Part shown: one piece after another, positions 12,876 through 27,612 of the stretch
Numbering within the stretch: position 1 is the first letter of the stretch
Layout: each line of letters starts with the position of its first letter
Assembly: GCA_964035545.1 (NCBI GenBank)
Contig: OZ037767.1
Coordinates: 10,426,581-10,490,580 of the forward strand
Origin: Bugula neritina
Lineage: Eukaryota; Animalia; Bryozoa
DNA length: 64,000 nucleotides
Reading direction: 5' to 3'
The notes under the pieces: generated by a model
What the model saw: only the letters and a program-made list of their open reading frames with translations
Database searches by the model: none
What the model was told of the DNA's origin: nothing
Position numbers and translations under genes: made by a program

Positions 12876-13160
12876 GGGTACGACGTTAAACTGCACCCTG
12901 GGATACCCTTGAGCAAGGTCGGAACCCTACTAGCTCCCCTGCCAGGGTTACGGTGAAGATGTCGGCAGCAAAGCATTGGATGGTCACCTTGGCGGAAGAA
13001 CTCTTAAGAGTCAACGGTTGGCATTAAGTCAGGATTACTAGCATCCCATTGCGGAACTTGGAAAGGGATGGGCGCCGCCAAGCTTACTTGCCCAAGACAC
13101 ACCACTTTTTTAGTGGTGCCCCAACGGTCGTCCCGACCAAGGGATAGGTACAGGTACAGG
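12876..13160 (+). mobile_element. Short non-autonomous retroelement with an RTE-LINE-like 3' tail
   Basis: GC-rich 285-bp island ending GTGGTGCCCCAACGGTCGTCCCGACCAAGGGATAGG(TACAGG)n, which resembles RTE-clade 3' ends as I recall them. It is flanked by TACACCT at 12869-12875 and 13161-13167, a possible TSD. Confidence 0.5.
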
Positions 13161-14626
13161 TACACCTAAACAAAAATGATCAATAAACTTTGAAAAGTAT
13201 TGTTGACTAATAGCATACTTTTTTCTTTAAAACGCAGCATGAAAAATTGCTAACTGTTATTTTGTTGACCACAGTATATGCATTTTATTGAGTGATATTT
13301 AATGTTAAGGTAGATGACTGTAATACATCATCAGACTCTATAATAAGTGAATTTACAAGTACCAAGTTAGCAAATTGTTTTATAATTGTATCTGTAAGAC
13401 CATTAGTGGGGAACTGCAAATTATGACTAACATCAAGAATTTAAGATTTTAAACTTATTTTATTTTTTTTTTAATGCTCAACATGTTATCAGCATAATAT
13501 TAATTGCACATAAAGCTTTATTAGGAGCACAGTAACATATAATATAAGGGCTAAAAGGTAAAGTAAACGAAAAGACAAATCTAATATGTTTAATCCAAAA
13601 TTCAAATCAAGAAACACAAGTTATTTAAAAAATGAAGGAAATAACTATACATGAAAACAAGGCAAAACTAGAATTTTTAACACTTTTTACTTAATTTAGC
13701 AACTCAACTTAAAATAACTAGCTTGACTCAAAATGGGTTATGATAGGTCAGGTTAGCTTTAAATGAACCTATCAAATAGTTCATGTATAATATTGTATTA
13801 ATTATAATTGAGCTACTACCGCTACCCGAACAGGACAAAGCAGAGATAGGTGAGAATATAATAGAGCTACTAAAATATATACAATTTTTGTAAGCTGTAT
13901 TATATATTATACATAATATAATATTTTCTCTTGCAAGAGACATTTTGATTTTATCACTAAAAATGTTATCAACATTAGCTTAGTTTGATTAAAATTGCAA
14001 TGAATAATTCAATTTAGTTTTATGAAAAACATTTGTGATATTTCAATATTATAATTATAATTGAAATGGTCCTGAACAAAAAATTTCTAAACAATACATG
14101 CGGTACTTTGTAATAATATAAGAAAACAATAATTTAATCTATTTATAGCTTTGGTAAACACTTAATTTAAATTATTAGGTACAAGCAGCTGCTAAACCTA
14201 TAGTTAGATGATGAGTTGAGTGAATGTAATAAACCCACACATTTGCAATTTGCCCCAGCTTTGCCATTTGGAGTCAGCAGTTTGTAGCAAGGAGTAATTA
14301 TAGAGGAGATAACTCTAAGACTTTGCGCATTGATAACTATTGTTTATTGTTGAGAAAAATTAGTAAGGACAATAGCCTGTTGCTAGAAATATTATTATTG
14401 GTAACAGTTGGCAAAATAGCATTAAATAGAAAAACTAGTGATAACAGCAAGTGCATTTACATTCATTTTGTGCTACCAAAATACCACACTGCAAAATCCT
14501 GCCTGTCTGCGATTTCACTAAAAATAAACTGGAAACGCTAACTTGAAATAGTTTTGCATGATTGTTGCCATTTGTCACTTTTACCCTATCTATCGAATCA
14601 CGTTCTTGATTACAACTTTAAACAAA

Positions 14627-17600
14627 ATGGCAAATATGAATGAATGCGTTTCTCCGTTTTGGCAAAATGGACCTGCTCCAGGAGCATTTTATAACTTTCC
14701 AAATTACAAGTCGCCAACTGTTACTACTCACAAACCAAGTAAACATACTATGTAAGTATTTGAATCACTGATGGTGATTATGTGTTCTTTTTTATTCTGT
14801 TCTAGTGTTGGAAAATCACACAGATATTTTTTTTGTTCTCACTTCGACTTTCAGTTTCAGTTACTGTTAGAGTTTCTGTCAGTATCACTATGACATTAAC
14901 TATGACTATGAGTATCAGTGTATTACCATCAATTTCAGTGTCACTATTAGTGACTTGATTTTCAACTTTAAATTGAAAGGTCAAGATGGCTTACTTGTTA
15001 TATTTTTTTCTATAAAATTAAAATTAGTAATAGCCTACTAGTACTAGTAGTAGTACTAGTACTAATAAAACATTTAAGTTTAATTTTTGATGGTCGCTGG
15101 AAATAGAAGTGGAACTGGAAGTTGATGCTTTATAATTATTGATTTTAGATGTAAAGCTGTCTTTGGCCTTGGGTTTATGTGTCTAAATTTACTACAAGTA
15201 ATCATAATGAAATATTAATATGCTTGTCCTTGGAGAGTACTAGTAGTGGCTGAAGATTTAAATAAAAATTGAAATTGACGCCAAAATTTGGATCAAAATA
15301 TCATGATAAGGCTTCTGCTGTATTGACATTCTGATAGTGATTCGATGGAAAATGATTCTACAAATAATAAAAATTGGTAGAGGTATGAATGATAACATGA
15401 TGACTGCTTTTTCAAAATGATAAATATTTATCATTATAGCTAGGAAACGTAGTACTAACAATAAAACTAAATGTACTCATTTACTCAAGCTAATAATCAA
15501 ATTATAACGTTACTTATAATAGCTCTAGTAATAATATAATTATGGTAATATGATTTTGTAAGTGTGTGACTTTTAGAATGATTTTACTCATTCACATGCA
15601 GACTAGGTGGATTTCTATGTGGAAAAGAGGATTACAAGCAACATAATATCAATTGAAATATGATCTAAGAATAAGTATATTCTTTTTCAAAATCTTGACT
15701 TTGCTTTGTGTTCTGTTTAATTTTTTAAGCGGAAGCTTGTCAGAGTTTTTAAAATCATGTATCTGTATAAAAAATTGAGGCAAATGAGAATATTTTGCTT
15801 ATTTTCTTATTTTTAAACTGATCAATCTCACTGCTATTGAGTAAGTTTCAATTCATGTCATTACATGTTTAAGTCATGTCATAAAATGTTCAAGTCATGT
15901 CATAACATGTTCAAGTCATGTCATAACATGTTCAAGTCATGTCATCAAATATTCAAGTCAAGCCTGTGTGTCAAGTCAATGTACTAAATTTGATTTACTA
16001 AGTTAATTTGATGCTGATTGTCCACAAAACTTCAATGAACTTCATTTTGATATTTTTTAAAAATCATATAAGGAAATTTTCACTTGTGTGCAACATTCTA
16101 AGCGCAATAGTTCAATAAATGATTAATAATAACCATACATGATCTATTAGTGCTCTTTCAATTGGTTTCTGCTATTTAAGTGCATTTGTGTCTAACATCC
16201 TTAGTTTTTTGTTTTATTATTCAGTTATAGTATCTACCAACTGTTGTTGTTACTTTTAGGAATCCAACTTCTAGTGGCACTTCAGTGCTGGCTATGAAGT
16301 TTAAGGGTGGAGTTATTATAGCTGCCGATACATTGGGATCTTATGGATCAATGGCTATGTTCAGAGACGTTGACAGATTGATTAAAGTAAATAACACTAC
16401 AGTGTTAGGGGCGGGAGGAGATATTGCTGACTTTCAGTATCTACAACATGTAATTGAAGAACGTGTGTAAGTCACCTGCAGAAGGAAGTCGTATATCGAC
16501 TTCTGTCTAAAATTCTTCCGTATAATTTACTAAAAAATACAAACTGATTGATTTATTGATTGATTTATTACATATCACAGACATGCGAAATGCAGTATAA
16601 ATACTGGCTATAATGAGTAGGCATGAACAAAATTGAAAAAAAGTCAGAACTTTGTAGGATTACTTGAAATAAAAGATCATTTAAAGTATTTACAAGGTGT
16701 CGTAAAAAGCCATCTCTGGCCCATGCTCCTCTATATTTGATGGTTCTATATCTTTCAGAGGGGCATTGCCTCAGAAACTTGTTGATAAAATGGTCATCGT
16801 CATTTATGAGCTTCGCAGGTCTAGTCAATTATCTGTATGCTCACTGATACACACATTGCCGGTATATATGCAGGTTGGAAGAAGACTGCCTGAATGATGG
16901 GTTTCATTACACACCCAACTCTCTCTACTCATGGCTCACGCGAGTCATGTATTATAGAAGGAGTAAATTTGATCCTCTGTGGAACACAGTTATTGTAGCT
17001 GGGTTAGAAAATGGAGAACCGTGAGTAATAACTCTTGGCTGTTTTGTTATGCAACCATGGTGACCAATAAGTGTATTGACTGAACACAAATAATCTATGT
17101 ACCTTGTGGTGACTTCTATATGGTTTAGTGTAGACTGTATCAATTTTAGTTCAAGTTCCATGCTGCAATAGGTGAAGTCATTCAGTTAATAATTTCCACT
17201 CTTCAATGGTATCTATGTCGCTACACTGCTTTATGAGACTGGATCCCGTTTCAATCTTTATACACGTTTATAGGCGCAATTTACCGACAAGTGCTGTTGT
17301 GCGTTTTGACTGCACTTGAATGCTCATTTGGCTTACACTTGTCAGACTCATTCCAATTAGACCCACACTTGTCTGAATCTTTTTAATTGGACCCACACTT
17401 ACCGACTCCTACCTAATAACTTGCAGGCCATCTATATAATATAAGTTTGTTCTGTTTTAGGTTCCTTGGTCAAATAGATAAGATAGGGTGTGCTTTCACA
17501 GCACCCGCTCTTGCTTCTGGATTTGGCGCATACATAGCTCTGGTAGGTTTATTTTCTGTACAATAATTATTACTAATGTTTACCATTCTAAATAACCAAC

Positions 17601-19145
17601 TCTTATTTGATCAACTGTAGATTTTATTTTCTGAACATCTTACACTTGACTATTAGTATTTAAAGAAAATGTCAGTAGATGTTTATGAATTTTTATCATC
17701 ATTTAGCCACTACTGAGGGAAGCTGTAGAAAAGAAGCCAGATATGAGTGTTGAGGAGGCCAAGGAGCATATGGATAAGTGTTTGAAAACGTTATTCTACC
17801 GGGACTGCAGAGCACTGAATAGAGTAAGTGTTGTGGGTTGTCTGCTTTATGTTGACTACTGCATTATTACTAATTATATTGTTGTTTAGCAATGAGATAG
17901 CCATTCTTATTGTATCGCTATGAGGCATGTTAAATGTAGGTACTCTGTTACTTTTATTTAGTCATAATATCATTGTTTGAAACTAAGTAGTGTTTGATTT
18001 ATTATAGTTTAAAGTTTTAAACTGTATAAAATATTAAACTATGTAGCCGAATCATGAATAAAAAAACTCACGCAAGTATATAGTCATTATCCCTGTGAGA
18101 ACCCCTGATGGAAATGATTTTTTAAAGTGGGCCAAGGACTTATTCATATGAGGCACAGAAGCAATTATGACTGAATGCTTTTCCTAACATCACCAATGGC
18201 CTTTTCCTGGGGATTGAACCCATAACCATGTGTTTACTAAACCAAACACTTTAACCTTAAAGTCTGCTGCAAACTCTGTGAGCTTCTTCTACCAGATTGC
18301 TCAGAGTCAACACAAGTTGACTGTTTTAACTCAGTTGTTGAAGTTTTATCAAATTAAAGAAAATTCTCAACTTGTTGATACTTTTTTGATCAGAAGACAT
18401 ATAAACTGAATCAAATAATAATCTTTTTATCATTAATCAAAGGATTTATTTATTTTAAAACTCCTAATTTCAAATTATTTCATATAAATTTATTTCACTC
18501 TATTGTTTCATAAATATAACCAGTTGAGACGCTATCACTGGTTTTATACTCTAACCGGCAAGATTTTCTTAGGAAAATAATTAAGTTTTACTTTTCTAAG
18601 GCTTTTGAAAATTACCATATTCAAAACCCTGAGTTAGGTTGAGTTAGTGAAGAAAGCATCTAAATAAGTTGAAAAGACATTTGTCTAAATGTACAGGTTT
18701 TACCGAACTCAAATACTGTTCTATGTGAATGAAATAACATACACAAGACTTTACGATGCTAAAACCGTTATGATTTATGTTCAAAATAAATCTTTTTCAA
18801 TAGTTTTTATGAAAGCTAGTGTCAGTTATTGATATATTGGAGCATAATTGTTTATGTGATTATATTGTTTTTTATTTAGTATAAAATAGCAATAGTTACT
18901 GCGGAAGGAGCAAGAATTGAAGGGCCTTTTACTTCTAAAACTGATTTCTCAACAGCAAACATGATCAAGTATGTATTTTATTCTCATTGGTACGAGAACT
19001 GCAGCATCACTACTATTAAGTTGACAAATCTGTTGGAACTGTTGAGATATTTAATAAAGCTGTGTTTATTTTTCACATTCTTTGCGGTACAGTTTCTTTC
19101 TTTGGCATCACAATTATTATTATGTGTGTTTGTAGGGGCTACTGA
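14627..19145 (+). CDS. PSMB4: Proteasome subunit beta type-4 (beta7), ~258 aa, 7 exons
   Basis: Exons 14627-14751, 16260-16466, 16874-17020, 17461-17542, 17707-17823, 18880-18968, 19136-19145 (777 nt, phases consistent). Motifs [76 protein letters not shown]. Confidence 0.96.
15853..15960. repeat. ~21-bp tandem repeat (catgtcataacatgttcaagt) x~5
   Basis: Directly visible in PSMB4 intron 1. Confidence 0.8.
18085..18270 (-). mobile_element. tRNA-derived SINE (family A), copy in PSMB4 intron 5
   Basis: Shares gggccaaggacttattcatatgaggcacag...ttcctaacatcaccaatggcct...gaaccca with copies at 33555 and 34130; B-box-like GGGTTCAATCCC on the - strand. Confidence 0.75.
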
Positions 19146-20595
19146 AGAGCTATTCTGAAGAAAATGTTGTCCCTGCTTTATTTATAAGCTTCATGTAAAC
19201 ATTTATGACAATATAAACAAATTCCAAATTTATGACATTATATTATAATTACATTGTAATAAATTCTACATTTTCTTTCTTTGCAATTTTTTGTTTTCTT
19301 CTATTTCTAAAATTGAGTTTTTATTTTGAACATATAAAAGTGTGGTATTATGGAGAAAGCGCACTAGGTTTGTAGTTCTGCTCTCAGGGTTTATAATAGT
19401 CCTGGTGTTCCTTTTTACTAAGTGGCATTAAATTTTCTGAACTCAGCCTACAAACCAGCTGCTGCAAATTTAGCTGCTGTTGATTATGCTGTATCCTGAA
19501 ATTGAAAAAGGTTTCTACTCAATCAGCTGTGTTTCTCTACTTGCTTTGTAGTAATTGCATTAAGTTTGTTATTTTGTCTCGTAATTTTACTGAATTAGAT
19601 GTGTAAGCTGAAGTTTTATTGTAGTATAGTCGTAACACTAGAAAATACATGAATTTGACACTTACAAGTGAGTGTTTAGTGATGAAGCAGGTGCTTGCAG
19701 GTGTATATAAAGGAGCTGGCTAATAACAATACATTTGAAAATTTGTTGTTGAATCCTGCAGTTGACTCAATTAGCAGATTATTTGATGACTCAGCCCTCA
19801 GGAGTGTTTCAAGTTTTTGACAGTGATGCACATATTATATACCACACACACCTGCACATACAGGCAAATATATTAGCCAAAATTTTGTTTTATAATTATT
19901 TCAAGGAAATACATATAGAATCAGGATCTTTACCCTTACATACATTTGTGCTACACCCACCCAGACACACATATTGTTGAAGTTATTCGAAAATGAGAAA
20001 ACTTAATGTTATAATTTGTCACTTCAGGATTATAAAAAAGAATGAGTCACTGCCCCTTCTGACCTATGCAGTATTTAACCATGTCACCAAGATCATGGGG
20101 AGGCCAAACAAGCCATTGGATACACCAGATATAATTCTCTCTCACTTTATGCTCAGCAATGACATTCAGTGAGTGAGTGCGTTCTCTAATCATGGTCACA
20201 AACTCAAGCTGCTAGCATTTCGCAAGGCTCATGACCCCTAGAGTCACTTGAGCTCTCTGGCTTGAGTTTACACACCTTTTGAAAATGCTTTATAGTAGAA
20301 ACATAGGTTTCTACTGCTGAGAAGGTGTGGGCCATGGTACTCTGTTCTGTGCTGATGAGGGGACAAATCCCAAACAGCTGCTGTCTACAGATTGATAAAA
20401 TATACACGTGCGCACGCACGCACACACACACATATATACTAATATATATGTATATATATACATATATATATATATACATATATATATATACATATATATA
20501 TATATATTTAAATATATCTTTACGAGCTAGCAATTTAATTATAAATAGGTATACGAGAAACATTGTTGATTTATTACTTTATTATAGGTAAAATA

Positions 20596-20644
20596 ATTCT
20601 ACTAATATTTCGGGTACCACTGTACCCATCTTCAGAGTAGCAAT
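20596..20644 (-). ncRNA. Minimal type I hammerhead ribozyme, inverted copy
   Basis: Reverse complement reads attgctactCTGAAGAtGGGTACagtgGTACCCGAAAtaTT^agtagaat. Stem I cuacu/aguag pairs fully. Confidence 0.8.
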
Positions 20645-20891
20645 GAATGAAATTCAAAAATTATTATGTTACGTTAGACGTTATGCATGACACAAAGAAT
20701 AGAGAGTGGCAGTTATTGTAAATTATTGAAACTTAGGGAGATAATCTTATTTTATATATTACGCAGGTCAAAAATTAATTATACTGATTGTTTTGCATAA
20801 AAAATAAATTAGAGTTGACAAAAAAAATATAGATATCCAAGTATAAATAGCAAGAATTAGTGAAACTATGCGAGGGTTGAGTAGTGTGGAG

Positions 20892-21239
20892 CTATTGATA
20901 TAGTTTTAGTGGTATGGAGTAATTTTGTTTATTGAGTTGCGGTTTTATTTGTTTAATGTAGAGAGCTTCGGCTACTTTTCGATGGTGGATTCCTTTAAAT
21001 GAATGATTTAAAACTGTTACATTGTCTATTGATATGTTTCCATGATTAGTGGTGGAAGAGTGTTGATAAATTTTGGAATTGATGTCATGGCAGTGTTCAT
21101 GTATCCTGTGTGATAGGCGACGTCCGGTTTCGCCTACATATGTTTGTTGACAGGTAGCTTCAGGGCAGGTTATTTTGTAGACTAGGTTGTGAATGTGTTC
21201 TTTATTGGTTTTATCTTTGAGATTAAAATGTGAACTTAA
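20892..21239 (-). pseudogene. 5'-truncated GIY-YIG endonuclease ORF of the Penelope-like element
   Basis: LSSHFNLKDKTNKEHIHNLVYKITCPEATCQQTYVGETGRRLSHRIHEHCHDINSKIYQH...RKVAEALYIKQIKPQLNKQNYSIPLKLYQ*. It shows LVY/YVG, the CCHH-type Cys/His residues, R..EH and E..I...P.LN motifs. The + strand ORF 21230-21457 is its inverted partial copy. Confidence 0.88.
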
Positions 21240-21700
21240 GGGGGTTCCTTGAACACTGCCATGACATCAATTCCAAAATTTATCAACACATCTCCACCAC
21301 TAATCATGGAAACATGTCAATAGACAATGTAACAGTTTTAAATCATTCATTTAAAGGAATCCACCATCGAAAAGTAGCCGAAGCTCTCTACATTAAACAA
21401 ATAAAACCGCAACTCAATAAACAAAATTACTCCATACCACTAAAACTATATCAATAGCTCCACACTACTCAACTCTCACATAGTTTCACTAATTCTTGCT
21501 GTTTTTATATTTGGATATCTATTTTTTTTGTCAACTCTTATTTATTTTTTATGCAAAAAAATCAGTATAACTTTTGACCTGCGTAATATATAAAATAAGA
21601 TTATCTCCCTAAGTTTCAATAATTTACAATAACTGCCACTCTCTATTCTTTGTGTCATGCATAACGTCTAACGTAACGTAATAATTTTTGAATTTCATTC

Positions 21701-21749
21701 ATTGCTACTCTGAAGATGGGTACAGTGGTACCCGAAATATCAGTATAAT
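21701..21749 (+). ncRNA. Minimal type I hammerhead ribozyme (Penelope-associated)
   Basis: attgctact-CUGAAGA-u-GGGUAC(AGUG)GUACCC-GAAA-ua-UC^aguauaau: conserved core, 6-bp stem II and a palindromic AUAU in place of stem III. Confidence 0.8.
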
Positions 21750-21827
21750 TACTTTACCTAATAAAGTAATAAATCAACAATGTTTCTCGTATACTTATTT
21801 ATAATCAAATTGCCAGCTCGTAAAGAT

Positions 21828-22202
<375 letters not shown>

Positions 22203-22938
22203 ATCAGGTATCGTAGAAAATGTCTATTTCTCCTATTCAGGTTGTAGAACCCATATTGATCGGAGGACAAATTTGATATACTTAAGATTAAAGTTTTACA
22301 TAAAGTTAGTAATAATGACGTAGTTTTAATTAGTTCTTGAAATGTAGGTAACCTTTGTTAGTCTTTCATGTGCTCATGTACAAAATCAATATCTGTCTGA
22401 AACTGTTTGAAGTTTTGTCACATGTGATACCCTTGTACAACAACAAACATTTAATGGACAATACACAAATGTAAACGAATACAACACTTAACTTATTGTA
22501 TAGTTGCAAAAACTTACACATGGATATTAAAATAACTTCATAAAAGTTTATTATTTATTATCTAAAGAGTACAGTTGTAATTTGTTGTAACAGTTATAAA
22601 AAGATTAACATTTAGGCATGTACTTCGAGCTTATACTCTGTTATCTGGTTTCGCTAATGAAAGTGTTTTGATAGAGTCGTATTCCAGTGCATCTAATCAT
22701 TCTAACCTATTTTAAGCCATAGATACAAGAATGGTTAAACTATGTGATGATAAGTAATAGTAGTATTAAAGACATCAAAAGTCTAAGCAGACAACAGCTG
22801 AACAATGCAGCGTAATGAAACCAAATCAAAAGATTCTTAAATCATTTTAAAAGTCAAGAAACAGAAATGCCACATAATAGTAAAAGCTGTATCGATAGCA
22901 TATATATTGCTGGAATTATGTTGAAATTGTAAAATAAT

Positions 22939-23010
22939 TGCCCCCACTGGGAATTGAACCCGAGTCCTCTGGCTTGCAAGCAAGTGTGCTACCATTACAC
23001 CACGGAAGCC
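22939..23010 (-). pseudogene. tRNA-like sequence (SINE head or tRNA pseudogene, Ala-TGC-like)
   Basis: GCTTCCGTGGTGTAATGGTAGCACACTTGCTTGCAAGCCAGAGGACTCGGGTTCAATTCCCAGTGGGGGCA has A and B boxes and a cloverleaf with mismatched anticodon and T stems. Related degenerate heads occur at ~24020-24062 (-) and ~58735-58795 (+). Confidence 0.6.
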
Positions 23011-23059
23011 ACTGGGTAAACTCAACACTACAGAAATAGTTTACAAAGATGTACGTCAA

Positions 23060-25029
23060 TCAGATTCCATGAACCTCAACTTCACCAATATTCAGAGAAG
23101 TTGTAGCATTTAACAGAATCTGAACAAAACGGCCCATGATTGGTTGTTTACACGTAGCTAGGGTGTAGAATGGGTTAAGAAATCCTTGATGGTAGTAACA
23201 CAGGACTTCAGAGTTAGTTCCAGTAAACTCTATCTCTTCTTCTATCGTAGATACTGTAACCTCGGCATTCAATAGTCTTTTCCAAAAATCTTTATAAAGA
23301 CCTTTGAAAGGTAAAAATATAAAGCATATAAAGCTGTTTACAAATACATCTTATTCTGTTATTAATAATGACAAAGAAGTACAATGCCCAAAATGCTTAA
23401 AATCTGCGTTATTTTACAGTCATAAAATCTTATGAGACAAAAAGGTAAGTAGCCTACTTTTTAGTATAGTGGCATAATTAACATTATTAACCTACATATA
23501 CCTAAAATACTTAAAATACTATACTGTACAACAAGGAGTAAAAGCTATTCAAATTTACTCATATTTGTAAAATTAACTAATATGAACACATTTTTAAACT
23601 GGGGTTATTGAACTATTTAAAATAACAGGTGGGTTAACTACAGTGACTAAATTAGTTTGTTGTGAAAAAGACAGCATTGTAATCATGCATTTAAACATCT
23701 TCTACATAACAAAACTGATGGCAGTCTCTAAATTTGTTACAAAATAATTGATCCAATATAATTGAATAACCTGTTCTCTTACATTGAACAAGCACCCATG
23801 GCAATTCCATTGCAATAAATTTACTAAATTGATTTTCCAATATTAATAACTTTTATTTTTTTCCTATAATACTGTTTCCATTCATGTATGAGAAATGATC
23901 TATTTTGCCAATACCAACTTTAGAAACATATAGTGGAAGCAAAGGATTTGCCCAATTGAAATTATTTCTAAAAAAGAGTTGAGCTGCACTGTGATATGGC
24001 CATAAAAACTGTAAAAACTTCTGAATTGCAAGCCAGCCTGCTAACCATTACACAATAGGAGAGGGGAGGGGGGTTACGCATGGGAAATTACAACACTAGA
24101 CAAATTTTAAGCAGAAAAATTATTAGATATTATCAACTATGTAGATTATCCACATCTGTCATCTAAATTTGACTACGTCTCAGGAAAATTTACAGAAGAT
24201 GAAGTATCAGTCCAACTAAATGGTATATGACTAAATAAATGCACAGATTTTGATTCAAAAGCAAGTTTGTAAACTCTGTTTGATAAGCAAGTCATTTAGA
24301 CATGCATGCAATACACGAGTACCTCTGTTAAGAATTTTGACAGCCCAGACACAGTGAGTATCAACCAGATCCACCCTCCACCAGGGTCTGTGCTCCTCAT
24401 TGCTGTTGGTAAATGATATTACTTTTGCATTCTCAGTATAAATGCCATCAACAGCCACTAATGCTGGATACTTGGTTGGTCTATTCACACTGGAAAGTTT
24501 GGCAGGTTTACCTGTAAATAAGATAAATAAATTATCAAACAAAATATAGGTCCTTTTATTTGAATGACTTTTTCACAATTCAACCAGTTATCTCCATCGA
24601 AGGTTATTGTCGCTTTTTATTGACACGCTATCACACCCTATAGAACATATAAAAGGACATTTTACAACATGCGATAAGACATACTATTAACATCACTGCT
24701 ACCTCGTGCTAAAAGTTGGTTTGGAAACTCATTTGCTCTCTGTGAAATGGAGATACGATAGCCTGTGTTTTCCCCATCCCACTCTGTAAAGAGATGAGGA
24801 TTCACACACTGCTTCATGAAGCATCTTTTATTCTGAATATCATAAACTATTCCCAGACATTTCTTGTCTTCTGTACATCTCAGCAGACAGATTCCATGAA
24901 CTGGACTGAATATTGATTCACCAATCAAATGATCTGTGATAGACCTGCTCTCTGGTACACTGTGTCTTCTGAATCTGTCAGTGGCAATGGTGCATTGGCT
25001 ATCAACAGCTGCTTCAAGGTGCAACAACA
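23060..25029 (-). CDS. PAN/apple domain plus F-type lectin (fucolectin / F5-8 type C-like) domain protein; 5' exon(s) unresolved
   Basis: Exons 25029-24703 (CLLRCTEDKKCLGIVYDIQNKRCFM, PAN-like Cys spacing), 24511-24323 (GKPAKLSS...AVDG...PWWRVDL...V.ILNR) and 23301-23060 (KRLLNAEVTV...C...GRFVQI...LNIGEVEVHG*). Both junctions are phase 1 GT-AG. Confidence 0.8.
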
Positions 25030-25139
25030 CTAAAATAAATATAAGTGCTGTTGAAATTACTCAACTATTAAGCTTTTTCAAACAAATATGAGTAAAAGAT
25101 TTCTATGTTTAATATTATTTGAAAGTCAAATTACAGTTT

Positions 25140-25445
<306 letters not shown>

Positions 25446-26392
25446 ATTAGTGCACCTATGGTATTTATATGTGAATAGTTATGTATAAATTAAAAGTGTA
25501 ATACTTGCAAAGGTTGGCTCATCAGCTATATACTTTTTAAATATGTACTCAGTACTAACTTAGACAGAAAGTCAAGTACAAATCATGCAGTTGTAATTAG
25601 CCTAATATCCACCAATAGACTAACTTTCTTTGTTGATGCACTATAATAAAATGATGCAAATGACCCCTTTTCATAAAACATTGGTTGCCAACACAAATAA
25701 TTAAATATAGTATCATGCGCTATTAAACAATAACAGAAACTCTGCACCATTATAAAAGCTAACCCTTATTTTTTTTTATTTATTAGAACAAAAAATCTCC
25801 CACTTTACTTGTACTAGCTTGCAAATATATAATATTTTTCAAGAAAAAAAAATATATAATTATATTCTTTTACATAAATCATTAGGTGACCAACCAACCT
25901 GCTAAATAAAAAATATTCATTCTTCTTGAAGTTTTAGATTTTCCTCTCCTACTCTATTGTTGCTGAGCTCATAATGGTCCTGTAAACAACTTGTAATACT
26001 CTAAGAAGAAACTTTATAATAAAATCAATGATATGTAGTTTTAATTAACTATTAAAGTGTAAGTAACCTTTTTGCAATCTTTCATGTGTTTATGTATAGA
26101 GTTATTATGCGTTTAAAAGTTGAAACTGCATGTCTGAGAATGATTTCCAGTAATGGTTTTAGGAAGATTATAAAGCTTCATGTCACAAAAATTAGTTATT
26201 AGCTTCTTTCGTACACGTCTAAATAGTTGTTATAATATTAGCAACTAGTTTTAAATATAATGTTCAAAGAAAAGCTGGGTTAATGACTTTTTTTCTCAAA
26301 ATATGCGCAAGTGGAAACAGCTCAAACAATTATTACACTGTTAGTTTAAATGTATTAATGGAAGTAAGAAATATTTGCATTTAATAAAATAC

Positions 26393-26898
<506 letters not shown>

Positions 26899-27571
26899 TA
26901 TCATCAGCATCCTAATAATGGATAACTATTGTATAAAGTTATTTATAATTAGGAGTTGTGCTTTCTATTTAATAGAAAAAGCGTTAGCCTTTCAAACTAT
27001 ACACTTATTTTATGTCCGGGGTTAAGTGTGATAGCATTTGTTAGAAACAGCGTAGCGTTGTGGGTGACTAAGCTCACAGAACTGTTGTAGACGAACTTCA
27101 GTCCTAACTTTGATCCCAAACTGCATGCTGCTTCAAGCGATTTCCAATTTTCTTACAAGTTTCTTTTGATCAGGCTTAGCATGCATAGTTTTTGCAAAGC
27201 GTTTTACATAGAAACATCAGAATAGTCAATAGATATCTATCTCAGTAATGATTGCCATCACTTATTTTTTATGTCTCATTCTTATCTATTCTACCAAGTT
27301 CAATAGTCTCTTCCATGCTGTTGAATTAAGTGTACCAGTAAGTGTAACACAGTTACAGTTACTGTTGGTGTTACTGCAACTGCTCCTAGTGCTAGTGTTA
27401 GACTTATGACTTACAGTTAAACTTACGACTTACACTAAGTCTAACTTAAACTACTAAGAATAAGTGGCAAGTCTAACTAGTACTACTTCAACTCCAAGTC
27501 TAGTACTACGTCTACTACTAGTATTGTATTTGTGGTAGTATTACTATTACTATTAGTATTACTATTAGTAT

Positions 27572-27612
<41 letters not shown>

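Noticed and set aside
20028-20168. Exon-like segment (ttcag|G...TGA...|gtgagt, 43 open codons) with a TATA-like motif at ~19704
   Set aside because: No recognisable homology or partner exons; cannot be supported without RNA data.
22939-23010. Functional tRNA gene
   Set aside because: The anticodon and T stems are mismatched and related degenerate copies lie nearby, so a SINE head or pseudogene fits better. tRNAscan-SE would decide.
25505-25975. Candidate 5' exons of the lectin gene
   Set aside because: The splice-compatible segments lack an in-frame ATG and signal peptide; left unresolved.
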